Below are positions 30,202 through 40,400 of a stretch of 64,000 nucleotides of DNA, in pieces; position 1 is the stretch's first letter; every line of letters starts with the position of its first letter. The notes below the pieces were generated by a model that saw only the letters and a program-made list of their open reading frames with translations, searched no databases and was not told the origin of the DNA. The stretch lies in the sequence record SRR22947725_485. One strand, given 5' to 3'. The position numbers and the translations under genes are program-made.

Positions 30202-31652
30202 GAGTTTCTAAGTTTGTTATTCAATTCTTGAATGATAATTTTATGACTTATCTTGCCTTTAGATTCCTTCATTACTTTACCCATAAAATAGCTTAATAGT
30301 TTCTCTTCTCCATTTTTAAATCTATCAACTTCATTTGGATTCTGATCTAAAACTTTATTAATAATATCTATTATAGTATTATCAGTATTATCAAGATAGT
30401 TATCGTCGCTAATTATAGAATCTATTGATTTATCAGAAATAAATAATTTTCTTAAGATTTCCTTAGCAGAATTTGTAGTAATTTGTTCTGAATCGCTTAG
30501 AGAAATAACTTTTGCTAAATCTTTCGCTAAAACTCTACCTTCATCAAAGGGTATATTTATCTCATTGAATAATCGAAATAATTCACCTGTTATCCATTTA
30601 CTTGCATTTTTAGGAGTAACATCATACTTAATCATTTTTTCAAAGTAAGAAGCAATATGTATTGTACTAGCAAGAGTTATTGCTTCGTCAGGTTTAAAAT
30701 CATATTCATCTATCCACCTATTTTCAAATTCAAATGGTAAGAAAGGTAAATCTTTTATGATTGAATCTATCTTAGATTCTGAAATTATAACTGGAGGTAA
30801 ATCAGGATCTGGAAAATATCTATAGTCATCAGCATTCTCCTTAACTCGCATAATTTCTGCAATATTTTTTTCATTATTCCAAGTAAGACTTGCTTGGACT
30901 ACTTCTTTTCCATCTTCAAGGAGATGATGTTGTCTTTTGATTTCAGATTCAATTGCCTTTTGTACATTTCTAAATGAATTAATGTTTTTAATCTCTGTTT
31001 TAGTACCAAATTTTTTTATACCTTTTTTCTTAAGTGATATATTAGCATCACATCTCAATTTTCCTTGCTCCATTTCGGCATTAGAAATTGCTATATAGTT
31101 AACAATCTGCTTTATCCTTTGAATAAAGATCTTTGCTTGAATTGGGTGTGTTAGAACGGGCTCAGTTACAATTTCTATTAAAGGAGCACCACTTCTATTA
31201 AAATCTACCTGACTATTATTTTTTGAAGAATTATGAGTCGATTTACCAGCATCTTCTTCTAAGTGAGCTCTTGTTAGTTCAATATCATATTTTTTATTAT
31301 CCCACCAAATAGGAACAATGCCACCTGTAACTATAGGTTTATCAAACTGCGATATTTGATATCCTTTTGGTAAATCTGGATAGAAATAATGCTTTCTAGC
31401 AAAAGAGAAAGACGAATGTACTGTAGCATTTACTGCACCTCCAAATTTAATAGCAAAATCTATCGCTTTTTGATTGATTGAAGGTAATGCGCCAGGTAAT
31501 CCAATTGAAGTAGGGCAGGTGAGTGTATTTGGGCTTTGATCGTAGTTGTATTCACATGTACTAAACATCTTTGATTTTGTTTCTAATTGTACATGTACTT
31601 CTATTCCAATTACAAAATCCCAATCTTTATTAATTTTTTCTATGGTATTCAA
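30198..31652 (-). CDS. gatB: Asp/Glu-tRNA amidotransferase subunit B
   Basis: [38 protein letters not shown]. Confidence 0.96.
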   Translation of the reverse strand: MNTIEKINKDWDFVIGIEVHVQLETKSKMFSTCEYNYDQSPNTLTCPTSIGLPGALPSINQKAIDFAIKFGGAVNATVHSSFSFARKHYFYPDLPKGYQISQFDKPIVTGGIVPIWWDNKKYDIELTRAHLEEDAGKSTHNSSKNNSQVDFNRSGAPLIEIVTEPVLTHPIQAKIFIQRIKQIVNYIAISNAEMEQGKLRCDANISLKKKGIKKFGTKTEIKNINSFRNVQKAIESEIKRQHHLLEDGKEVVQASLTWNNEKNIAEIMRVKENADDYRYFPDPDLPPVIISESKIDSIIKDLPFLPFEFENRWIDEYDFKPDEAITLASTIHIASYFEKMIKYDVTPKNASKWITGELFRLFNEINIPFDEGRVLAKDLAKVISLSDSEQITTNSAKEILRKLFISDKSIDSIISDDNYLDNTDNTIIDIINKVLDQNPNEVDRFKNGEEKLLSYFMGKVMKESKGKISHKIIIQELNNKLRNS

Positions 31653-33907
31653 TTTACTTGATCTGCAATTAAGTTTAGAGCAGATCCAGCTTTAAACCAT
31701 GAAATTTGATTTTCTGAAAATGTATGAATGGTTTTAATAATATAAGTTGAGCCGTCAGGTTTCTGAAGACTTAAATTGATATTATTTTGTGGACCAAACT
31801 CATTTAAATTTAGAGTTGATATGGTGTCGAAGGCTTCAATTTTATCATAATCTGATTTATTTTCAAATATCAAAGGTAAAACACCTTGCTTCTTTAAGTT
31901 TGTTTGAGCAATCCTTGCAAAACTCTTAGCTAAAACAATTTTACAACCCATAAACCTAGGTTCCATTGCAGCATGTTCTCTACTAGATCCTTCACCATAA
32001 TTTTCATCAGCAACCGCTATCCAATCAATGGCATTTGAGCTATAATACTTTGCAACTTCATAGATATCACCTTTTTCTTTGGTGTCGGTATTTATTGCTT
32101 CTCCAGTAGATTGAGTATATGCATTTAATGCACCTGAATACATATTTTGAGATATATTTTCAAGATGGCCTCTATACTTTAGCCAAGGTCCAGCTGGAGA
32201 TACATGGTCAGTAGTGCATTTTCCTTCAGCTTTAAGTAAAACCCTTAAGCCTTGAATATCTTTATTATTCCACGCCTTAAAAGGCTCTAACTTTTGTAGG
32301 CGTTTACTGTCCTGATCAATAATAATTTCAGCAGATGGATTCAATTTACCTGCTAGAAAATCATTACAATCTATCTCTTCAAAACCATCAGAAGGTAGTT
32401 CTGAACCAATAGGGGCATCAAACATAAATTTATTTCCATCTTTCAAAGTGATAGAGTCTTTTGAAGGGTTAAAACTTAGTTTACCTGCAATAGCAAGCGC
32501 AGTAACAATCTCGGGACTTGCTACAAAAGATTCAGTAGCTGCATTTCCATCATTCCTCTTTGCAAAATTTCTATTAAATGATGTTATTATAGTATTTTTT
32601 TCTCCATCTTGAATGCCAGATCTTTTCCATTGTCCAATACATGGCCCACAAGCATTCGCAAGCACTTTACCACCTAATTTATGAAAAATTTCTGTATAGC
32701 CATCGCGTTCCATGGTAGCCTTAATTTGATTAGATCCTGGAGTGATATAAAATTCTGACTTAGCTGTTAAACCTCTATCTAATGCTTGTTTTGCAACATG
32801 GGCAGCTTTTTCAATATCTTCATATGAAGAATTAGTGCAACTTCCAATCAAGCCAACTTTTAAATCATCATCGTAATTATTTTTCTTGATAGCTAATGGC
32901 ATGTCTGATACTTTTCTAGAAAGGTCGGGACTGTATGGCCCAACAATATGAGGTTCTAATTCAGATAGATTAATTTCAATCACCTCATCATAGTATTGTT
33001 CTGGATTTTCTGCTACTTCATCATCTGCTTTTAGATGATCTTTTAGCTCATCAGCTAATGATGCAATATCAGATCTTGAAGTCGCAACTAAATATTCAAA
33101 CATTTTCTCATCATAGGGAAATAATGAGGTAGTTGCTCCAACTTCAGCACCCATATTAGTTATGGTTGCTTTACCTGTACAACTTATTGTTTTTGTTCCT
33201 TCCCCAAAATATTCAATAATTTTTCCAGTACCACCTTTAACTGTTAAAATACCAGCCAATTTTAATATGATATCTTTTGGAGATGCCCAATCTTTTAACT
33301 CACCAACTAGTTTTACGCCTATAACGCCAGGCCAATTTACTTCCCATGGTGAATCGGTCATTACATCTACAGCATCGGCTCCACCGACACCAATTGCAAT
33401 CATACCTAAGCCTCCGGCATTTGGAGTATGTGAATCAGTTCCAATCATCAAAGATCCAGGAAATGCATAATTTTCTAGAATAGTTTGGTGGATAATTCCT
33501 GCACCTGGCTTCCAAAAACCAATTCCATACTTTTCACATACAGATATTAAAAAATTATAAACTTCTTTATTTGTAATAAGTGCATTGTCTAGATCATCTT
33601 TTGCTCCACTAATAGCAGTAATCAAATGATCGCAATGTACAGTGCTGGGAACGGCTGTTGTTTCCATTCCAGCGTTAATAAATTGAAGTAGTGCCATTTG
33701 AGCTGTTGCATCTTGCATAGCTACTCTATCTGGTTTTATACAACAAAATGTTTTTGTTCTTTCTGGAATAGATTCTAGCGGTTCACTCAAATGTGAGAAC
33801 AAAATTTTTTCGGTATAAGTTAATGGTCGATTGAAGAAATCTCTAGCAACAGGAAGAGACTTCATATACTGTGAATATGTTTTTTTAACTATTTTAGTTT
33901 GGTCCAT
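31649..33907 (-). CDS. Aconitate hydratase (mitochondrial-type)
   Basis: DRVAMQDATAQMA, HCDH, GSCTNSS, ACGPCIGQW, GSSREHAA. Confidence 0.95.
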   Translation of the reverse strand: MDQTKIVKKTYSQYMKSLPVARDFFNRPLTYTEKILFSHLSEPLESIPERTKTFCCIKPDRVAMQDATAQMALLQFINAGMETTAVPSTVHCDHLITAISGAKDDLDNALITNKEVYNFLISVCEKYGIGFWKPGAGIIHQTILENYAFPGSLMIGTDSHTPNAGGLGMIAIGVGGADAVDVMTDSPWEVNWPGVIGVKLVGELKDWASPKDIILKLAGILTVKGGTGKIIEYFGEGTKTISCTGKATITNMGAEVGATTSLFPYDEKMFEYLVATSRSDIASLADELKDHLKADDEVAENPEQYYDEVIEINLSELEPHIVGPYSPDLSRKVSDMPLAIKKNNYDDDLKVGLIGSCTNSSYEDIEKAAHVAKQALDRGLTAKSEFYITPGSNQIKATMERDGYTEIFHKLGGKVLANACGPCIGQWKRSGIQDGEKNTIITSFNRNFAKRNDGNAATESFVASPEIVTALAIAGKLSFNPSKDSITLKDGNKFMFDAPIGSELPSDGFEEIDCNDFLAGKLNPSAEIIIDQDSKRLQKLEPFKAWNNKDIQGLRVLLKAEGKCTTDHVSPAGPWLKYRGHLENISQNMYSGALNAYTQSTGEAINTDTKEKGDIYEVAKYYSSNAIDWIAVADENYGEGSSREHAAMEPRFMGCKIVLAKSFARIAQTNLKKQGVLPLIFENKSDYDKIEAFDTISTLNLNEFGPQNNINLSLQKPDGSTYIIKTIHTFSENQISWFKAGSALNLIADQVN

Positions 33908-33961
33908 TATTTATCCTCCCTAAATTATTTAAATTTAATTACAAAAAAAATAACTAAAACA

Positions 33962-34528
33962 ATGGGTTTAATATTAGCATCAAGTTCTCCAAGACGAAAG
34001 AGAATTCTCCAAGATTTAGGTTATAACTTCGATTGCATATCGCCAAATATAGATGAGACAAATAGCAGTAATCTAAAACCAGTTGATTATGTGGTAAACG
34101 TATCTGAAAGAAAGGGATCTCATGTTTGGAACAATAACCAGGGTAGTCATGTTCTATCAGGAGATACTATTATTGATTTTAATGGCAAAATAATAGGTAA
34201 GCCATCTTCAAATGGCGAAGCATTTAAGATTATTCAAACACTCTCAAATCATACCCATTCGGTAATAAGTGGTTTAAGTCTTTTTTATAATAATAAAGCT
34301 ATCACTATCTTTGATAAGACTAATGTTACTTTCAAGGACTTGTCAGAAGATGTCATACAGAACTATATTGAATCATTTGATGTTTTAGACAAAGCTGGCG
34401 CTTATAATATTGAAGATGCTGAAAATATTTTAATTAAACATATTGACGGATGTTACAATAATATCGTAGGTTTTCCCTTAAAGAAATTCAAAATGAGTAA
34501 GATAAAAATAATACTAGAAAATCTATGA
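33962..34528 (+). CDS. maf: Maf-family nucleoside triphosphate pyrophosphatase
   Basis: LILASSSPRR, GKP, DKAGAY, NIVGFP; ATG 33962. Confidence 0.9.
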   Translation: MGLILASSSPRRKRILQDLGYNFDCISPNIDETNSSNLKPVDYVVNVSERKGSHVWNNNQGSHVLSGDTIIDFNGKIIGKPSSNGEAFKIIQTLSNHTHSVISGLSLFYNNKAITIFDKTNVTFKDLSEDVIQNYIESFDVLDKAGAYNIEDAENILIKHIDGCYNNIVGFPLKKFKMSKIKIILENL

Positions 34529-35346
34529 TTTTTTACTCTAGATATAAAAAATTTAGACTAGAGAACAAAATATCGCTTGAGGATATTCAACGTAGAACTA
34601 AAATAGATCTCATTAGTCTAAAGGCTATTGAAGCAGGTAAATTTTCTGAAATTTCTAATGTATATGTACGATTATTTTTTAAAGCATACCTGAAAGAAAT
34701 AGGTATAGATGTTGATGATGGAATAGAAGAATTAGATGAATTTCTTAATCAAAAAAATCCTATAAAAAAAGTAAGAGTTAAAAAGAATAAAAAAGAAGAT
34801 AATGGCAAAAGTTTAAAATTTGTAGATATCATCAACACTGATAATGTATTTAATCCAAATATTTTAATAGGTTTAGTAGTTTTTATAATTTTAGTTTTAT
34901 CAAGTTTTTTCCTTAACAGTTCTTCTGCAATTTCTGATACAGATAAAGAAAACGAACTTAGAATATCTAAATCTGACATAGAAAATCTTTATGCTATAAG
35001 AACTCAGGAGATTTTGAGTGAACAAGCTTTTTCTTTTCCAATAACGATACGATTTAAATCAAATAATGAAAATTATATTGAATATTCAGACAAAGATTCA
35101 GGAAAAGAATACTTTATATTTGAAGAGAAAAATAATGTACAATCCAATTCTTTTTCTGAGATTTGGAATGGAGATAATAAAACTTTCTTGATTGCCAATA
35201 CAGTTGACTTTGAATTGATTTTTTTCTCAGAAGATACTTTTAGTGATTTTTCAGACAGTATTACAAATGATTTTCCAGTTAAAGTAGATCTAATATCAGA
35301 CCCCCTATCAGTTTCTATCACCAAGTATATCCCAAAAAATAGATAG
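34525..35346 (+). CDS. RodZ-like HTH membrane protein
   Basis: N-terminal HTH (ISLEDI..RTKI..L.AIEAG...YVR.F.KAY), single TM helix. Confidence 0.7.
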   Translation: MIFYSRYKKFRLENKISLEDIQRRTKIDLISLKAIEAGKFSEISNVYVRLFFKAYLKEIGIDVDDGIEELDEFLNQKNPIKKVRVKKNKKEDNGKSLKFVDIINTDNVFNPNILIGLVVFIILVLSSFFLNSSSAISDTDKENELRISKSDIENLYAIRTQEILSEQAFSFPITIRFKSNNENYIEYSDKDSGKEYFIFEEKNNVQSNSFSEIWNGDNKTFLIANTVDFELIFFSEDTFSDFSDSITNDFPVKVDLISDPLSVSITKYIPKNR

Positions 35347-35413
35347 TTTTAAAAAACTTTTTTGTATTCGATTATTTTTTTATCATTTTTTTATCCAATT
35401 TATAACAAATTTA

Positions 35414-35443
35414 TTGACATAGATGCTACATATACATTAAGAT
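35414..35443 (+). promoter_or_regulatory. dcw cluster sigma70 promoter (TTGACA-18-TAAGAT)
   Basis: Perfect -35 hexamer upstream of mraZ. Confidence 0.7.
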
Positions 35444-35445
35444 AA

Positions 35446-35459
35446 GTGGTGAATTGTGG
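35446..35459 (+). promoter_or_regulatory. Putative MraZ binding repeats (GTGG x2, 10-bp period)
   Basis: GTGG at 35446 and 35456, just downstream of the -10; matches known MraZ GTGG/TGGG direct repeats. Confidence 0.6.
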
Positions 35460-35486
35460 GTTAAAATCCCTTAATTCCCGTTTATT

Positions 35487-35945
35487 ATGCGTAGCCAATA
35501 TACATTTACAGGACAATATGATTTCGTTATTGATTCAAAAAATCGAATCAATATTCCATCTATATTTCGTAAACAGCTTCATAAGTCTGACAAAAATACT
35601 TTTGTAATAACTAGAGGAATTGATCGTTGTATTTGGGTTTATGCTTTAGGCGAATGGGAAAAAATTGAAAGAGAATTAAGTCAACTATCTTCTTTGTCTA
35701 AAACGAATCGTATTTTTTTAAGAAATCATTTAAGGCATGCTAAAATAGTATCTTCAGATGAACAAGGAAGATTGATTTTAACAAAAAACTTAATTGAATA
35801 CGCAAATATTTTAAAAGATATAACCATCATAGGCGTTTTAAATAAAATTGAAATATGGGATAATGCTACTTTGGAGAAATCCGATAGTAAGCAGAGTATT
35901 GATGAAGATTCCTATGAAGAGCTTTCCAAGAGAGTCAATATCTGA
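35487..35945 (+). CDS. mraZ: Transcriptional regulator MraZ
   Basis: IDSKNRINIP and DEQGRLIL repeats; head of dcw cluster. Confidence 0.95.
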   Translation: MRSQYTFTGQYDFVIDSKNRINIPSIFRKQLHKSDKNTFVITRGIDRCIWVYALGEWEKIERELSQLSSLSKTNRIFLRNHLRHAKIVSSDEQGRLILTKNLIEYANILKDITIIGVLNKIEIWDNATLEKSDSKQSIDEDSYEELSKRVNI

Positions 35946-36835
35946 TGACTTCGATTTCGTCAAAAAGCTATAGCCATTACCCAGTTATGCTGACGGAATC
36001 AATTAATAATCTAAATATAAAACAGAATGGATATTATATAGATGGCACGGTAGGTCTTGGTGGTCATTCAATTAAAATTCTTGAACATGTTAAAAAAGGT
36101 TTTCTATTAGGATTTGATAGAGACTCAAATTCAATAAAAATTGCACAAAAGAGGCTCCATGAATTTAGTAATTTTGAGCTAATCCATTCTAGCTATACTC
36201 AATTAGAAGATAGTTGTAATAAATTAAATATAAAGCAAGTTGATGGAATGCTTTTAGACTTGGGACTTTCCTCTTATCAGCTAGAGGATAATCAAAGAGG
36301 GTTTTCGCATCGATATGACTCGTCTTTAGATATGAGATTTGATGATAAAGATAGTGGGTTAACAGCTGCAGAGATTATTGAAAACTCATCTATACGAGAC
36401 TTAACTAATATCTTTAATGAATTTGGAGAAGAAAGAAATTCGTTTAGAATTGCTAGAGCAATTAAAGAATCAAATGAAGAAATAAATGCTGATACACTTG
36501 TTAATATTATAAGTAGAAAAACAGCCTATAAATATCGAATCAAAACATACTCAAGAATTTTTCAAGCACTCAGAATCAAAACTAACAATGAGTTAGATCA
36601 TTTAGAATTATTTTTGAATGACTTTATGAAGTTTCTTAAGCCTAAAGGTAGAATTGTTATTATCAGTTATCACTCTATGGAAGATCGAATGGTAAAACAT
36701 AAGTTTAAAGATCTTAAGCTAAATAAAGAGTTAAATGTTCTAACAAAGAAACCTCTAATACCTACTGAACAGGAAATATTAGACAATAAGAGATCCAGAA
36801 GCGCAAAAATGAGAGTAGGGGAAAAAATTGGCTAG
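35945..36835 (+). CDS. rsmH: 16S rRNA m4C1402 methyltransferase
   Basis: HYPVM, DGTVGLGGH, DLGLSSYQL, LDMR, RSRSAKMR. Confidence 0.95.
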   Translation: MTSISSKSYSHYPVMLTESINNLNIKQNGYYIDGTVGLGGHSIKILEHVKKGFLLGFDRDSNSIKIAQKRLHEFSNFELIHSSYTQLEDSCNKLNIKQVDGMLLDLGLSSYQLEDNQRGFSHRYDSSLDMRFDDKDSGLTAAEIIENSSIRDLTNIFNEFGEERNSFRIARAIKESNEEINADTLVNIISRKTAYKYRIKTYSRIFQALRIKTNNELDHLELFLNDFMKFLKPKGRIVIISYHSMEDRMVKHKFKDLKLNKELNVLTKKPLIPTEQEILDNKRSRSAKMRVGEKIG

Positions 36836-37136
36836 AAAAAAAAGGTTAACGAAAGCACAGATTGCAAAAAGAGAAAATATAAAATGGACCATTATGTTTG
36901 TAATGACTGTTACTACGATTTCCTTGTATTTAGCTGCATTTATAGAAATAGATAAAACACAAACTACAATCGATTTTAATCGTAAGACTTTAGATCAATT
37001 AAATGAAAATCTTACTTTGAAAATTAATTCTGTAGAAAAAATGAAACGAGCAGATATTATATCAAAGAAGGCAAAAAAAATTGGATTAGTAGCAAGTAAA
37101 CCCGAAACACTTATTGTAAAAATTAGCAATGACTAA
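36828..37136 (+). CDS. ftsL: Cell division protein FtsL (by synteny)
   Basis: Single TM plus coiled coil, lying between rsmH and ftsI. Confidence 0.7.
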   Translation: MARKKRLTKAQIAKRENIKWTIMFVMTVTTISLYLAAFIEIDKTQTTIDFNRKTLDQLNENLTLKINSVEKMKRADIISKKAKKIGLVASKPETLIVKISND

Positions 37137-39060
37137 AAACTATTTAAAATTTAAACGTAGAATTAGAATTGTAAGCACGCTGGTAATGTGTGTTTGGTTG
37201 GTATTCATTTACAAGCTATTTACAATTCAAATCATTGATAGGGTTGATAATCCTCAGGGAATGAAAGTAGAAATGATTAAAGGTAAAAGAGGAAATATTT
37301 TTGATGTAAAAGGAAGTAATATTACTCAAAATTTAACTTTTTACAACATTGGAGTTCATCCAAAAAAAATTGCTAATAAAGAAATTTTTTTAAGAGACTT
37401 ATCAAATTGTACAGGCACTGATTTAGAGGTTTATAATTCAAAGTTTAATATTTCAAAATCTTATATACAGCTTGAGAAAAAAACTATAAGAAATTGTGAA
37501 GAATTAAAATCAAGCTATGGTAGTGCAATAGTTATCAATCAAGACTATAAACGCTATTACCCAGAAGAAAATTTATTTAGTCAAATTGTTGGTTTTACAA
37601 ATGTAGATGATATTGGAATTGTTGGATTAGAATCTCAATATAACAAATATTTAGAACCAAAAACTGGATCAAGAGTTTTTAAAAGAAATGGATTTGGTAA
37701 GCGCATTGCTGATCCAACATTAGCATATGAGGCACCTAAAAATGGTTCTGATATCTTTTTAACTATGAATAAAGAATATCAGGCAATTTTAAGAGAAGAA
37801 TTAATTGATCAAGTAGAAAAAACTGAAGCATCTTCTGCTATGGGAATCATATTAAATCCTCAAACGGGAGAAATAGTATCGATGGTAAGCGTACCAGATT
37901 TCAATCCTAATAATCCAAAAGATTTTGAAACAGAATTTCAGAAGAACAGATTGCTTCTCGATACAATAGAGCCTGGATCAACCTTTAAGGTAGTTACTAT
38001 TGCCGCTGCTCTTAAAAGCGATATCAATCCAATGAAAGAATATAATGTAGAGGGTCCGTATAATTTTCATAATATTAAAATGATAGAGGATTCTGAGCCA
38101 CATTCCGTATTAACTGTGAAAGAAATTTTAGCTTATTCTAGCAATATAGGTACAATAAAAATTGCCGAATCATTAGGTAAAGATAAGATTTATAATCAAG
38201 CAAAAGAATTTGGTTTTGGCTCTAAAACCGGCCTTAATCCCACAAGCGAAGAAAGTGGCATAGTTTATGAAACTAAGAAGTGGAGCAAGTCATCTATGCA
38301 CAGTTTCCCCCTAGGTTATGAACTCACTGCAACTCCTATACAAATTGCTATGGCATATGCAGCAATTGCAAATGGAGGATTTTTATTGAAACCATATATG
38401 GTAGATCAAGTTAGAAAAAGTGACAACACAATTTTAAAAAATGAAAAAAGATTTAGAAAAAGAATTTTATCTCAGTCAGATGCAGAGATATTAAAGGACA
38501 TGTTAGCTTATACAGTTGAAAATGGTAGTGGAAAAAAAGCCAAGCTGGCTGGCTGGGATGTATCTGGAAAGACAGGTACATCTAAAAAAATTATTAATGG
38601 TGAATATTCAGAATCAGAATTTATATCTAGTTTTGTAGGATTCTTTCCAAAAGAAGATCCTCAACTACTAGCATTAATTATTATTGACGGTGCATCAGCT
38701 TCAAGTAATTATCATTGGGGTTCAATGTCAGCTGCTCCGGTATTTCATTCTGTGATGAAACGTATTATTAATATTGATTCAGATATAACAAACAAAAAGT
38801 CTACCAAGAAGTTAAAACCCAAGAATTCTGATCCAATCTTAATTCAGAAAAATATTAAAAAATCTCAAAATATTGAAATAGTTGATATGCCTAATGTGAT
38901 AGGTAAGAATGTTAATAGCGCATTTATGACATTGGCAAAGAAAGGATTAAATCCAAAAATAGTGTCTGGTATGGGAGTAATAATTTCTCAATCTATTGAT
39001 CCCGGACAAAAAATTGAAAAAGGGACTAGGGTAGAATTGAAGGCAGAAATTAAGTCATGA
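37129..39060 (+). CDS. ftsI: Penicillin-binding protein 3 with PASTA domain
   Basis: EPGSTFK, SSN, KTGT motifs; C-terminal PASTA. Confidence 0.92.
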   Translation: MTKNYLKFKRRIRIVSTLVMCVWLVFIYKLFTIQIIDRVDNPQGMKVEMIKGKRGNIFDVKGSNITQNLTFYNIGVHPKKIANKEIFLRDLSNCTGTDLEVYNSKFNISKSYIQLEKKTIRNCEELKSSYGSAIVINQDYKRYYPEENLFSQIVGFTNVDDIGIVGLESQYNKYLEPKTGSRVFKRNGFGKRIADPTLAYEAPKNGSDIFLTMNKEYQAILREELIDQVEKTEASSAMGIILNPQTGEIVSMVSVPDFNPNNPKDFETEFQKNRLLLDTIEPGSTFKVVTIAAALKSDINPMKEYNVEGPYNFHNIKMIEDSEPHSVLTVKEILAYSSNIGTIKIAESLGKDKIYNQAKEFGFGSKTGLNPTSEESGIVYETKKWSKSSMHSFPLGYELTATPIQIAMAYAAIANGGFLLKPYMVDQVRKSDNTILKNEKRFRKRILSQSDAEILKDMLAYTVENGSGKKAKLAGWDVSGKTGTSKKIINGEYSESEFISSFVGFFPKEDPQLLALIIIDGASASSNYHWGSMSAAPVFHSVMKRIINIDSDITNKKSTKKLKPKNSDPILIQKNIKKSQNIEIVDMPNVIGKNVNSAFMTLAKKGLNPKIVSGMGVIISQSIDPGQKIEKGTRVELKAEIKS

Positions 39061-40400
39061 ATATAGATAAAAAAAATATCGGTATTCTTGGATTGGGAAT
39101 TAGTGGTTATTGGGCAGCGAAATTAGCTAAATCTATGGGTGCTAATGTCTTTATTTCAGATAGTAAATTGGATATAAATAATAAATATACTAAAGAATTA
39201 ATAAGCCTAGGGATTGATGTAGAGTTAGGGTGTCATTCTAAAAAAATTCTTAATTCAGATTTAGTTATAAAATCGCCTGGAATACCAAGGGATATTCATA
39301 TTATTCAAAATTTATCTTCAAGTAATATTGAAATAATTAGTGAAATTGAATTTGCTTACAGGTTATCAAATTTAAAAATTATTGCTGTGACAGGTACTAA
39401 TGGAAAAACTACTACAGTTACATGCCTATATGAGGTATTGAAGAAAAAATTTAATGTTGTAAAAAGCGGAAATATAGGTACTCCATTTTCAGAAATTATT
39501 TATAATGAAAATAGAGGAAAATATTTAAAAACTGATTTTTGTATTCTCGAGTTATCCAGTTTTCAAATTGATGATATTGATACGTTCAAACCTGATATAG
39601 CAATGATTTTAAATATTTCACATGATCATTTAGACAGATATAAAGATTTCCTAGATTATTGCAAATCAAAAATCAATCTTTTCAAAAACATGAGCAATGA
39701 TGATTTAATAATTTACAATCGTGATGATAAAATATTATATGCTGAAATTGAAAAAATAGACAAAAAATTTATAGAATATTCTTTAGATGAAAAGTTCAGC
39801 TCATTTTATTTAAAAAATAAAAAAATTGAATCATCTCAAAGCAATCATTCATTGGATATAAATGATTGTAAGCTATCAGGAATTCACAATACATCTAATT
39901 TCATAGGTGTAGCTACAATTGCTTCACAACTAGGATTGAAAGATAGAGAAATTTTTGAAGCATTAAAAATATTTGAAGGGTTAGAGCATAGATTTGAAAT
40001 GTTTAAAGAAGTTGATAATATAAAGTTCATCAATGACTCTAAATCAACAAATATTGCATCAGTTAAAGTTGCAGTAGAGTCTATTGATAAAAATATTATA
40101 CTAATAATGGGAGGTCTCCCAAAAGAATCAGATTTTTCAGCAATCATAGAGTATACTCGATCAGTAAAATCGATAATTGCATATGGTGTAGGTTCAAATG
40201 ATATATATAATTCATTATCTGATTCATATGAAGTGATAAAAATTAACAAATTTGAAAAAGCAATTACTTCTGCGATACAATTGGCAAAAAGAGGGGACTC
40301 TGTTTTAATGTCTCCTGGTTGTGCTAGCTACGACCAGTTTAATAATTTTGAGGAAAGAGGAGATTGTTTCAAAGATATAGTCGAAAGGCATTATTCATGA
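39057..40400 (+). CDS. murD: UDP-MurNAc-L-Ala--D-Glu ligase
   Basis: KSPGIP, TGTNGKTTT, ELSSFQ, NDSKSTN, SPGCASYDQF. Confidence 0.95.
   Translation: MNIDKKNIGILGLGISGYWAAKLAKSMGANVFISDSKLDINNKYTKELISLGIDVELGCHSKKILNSDLVIKSPGIPRDIHIIQNLSSSNIEIISEIEFAYRLSNLKIIAVTGTNGKTTTVTCLYEVLKKKFNVVKSGNIGTPFSEIIYNENRGKYLKTDFCILELSSFQIDDIDTFKPDIAMILNISHDHLDRYKDFLDYCKSKINLFKNMSNDDLIIYNRDDKILYAEIEKIDKKFIEYSLDEKFSSFYLKNKKIESSQSNHSLDINDCKLSGIHNTSNFIGVATIASQLGLKDREIFEALKIFEGLEHRFEMFKEVDNIKFINDSKSTNIASVKVAVESIDKNIILIMGGLPKESDFSAIIEYTRSVKSIIAYGVGSNDIYNSLSDSYEVIKINKFEKAITSAIQLAKRGDSVLMSPGCASYDQFNNFEERGDCFKDIVERHYS

Noticed and set aside
30198-31652. gatB without adjacent gatA/gatC
   Set aside because: Dispersed gatCAB genes are common in FCB-group genomes; not unusual
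35347-35413. T-rich stretch upstream of mraZ as a possible RNA element
   Set aside because: No stable structure; consistent with an AT-rich promoter upstream region
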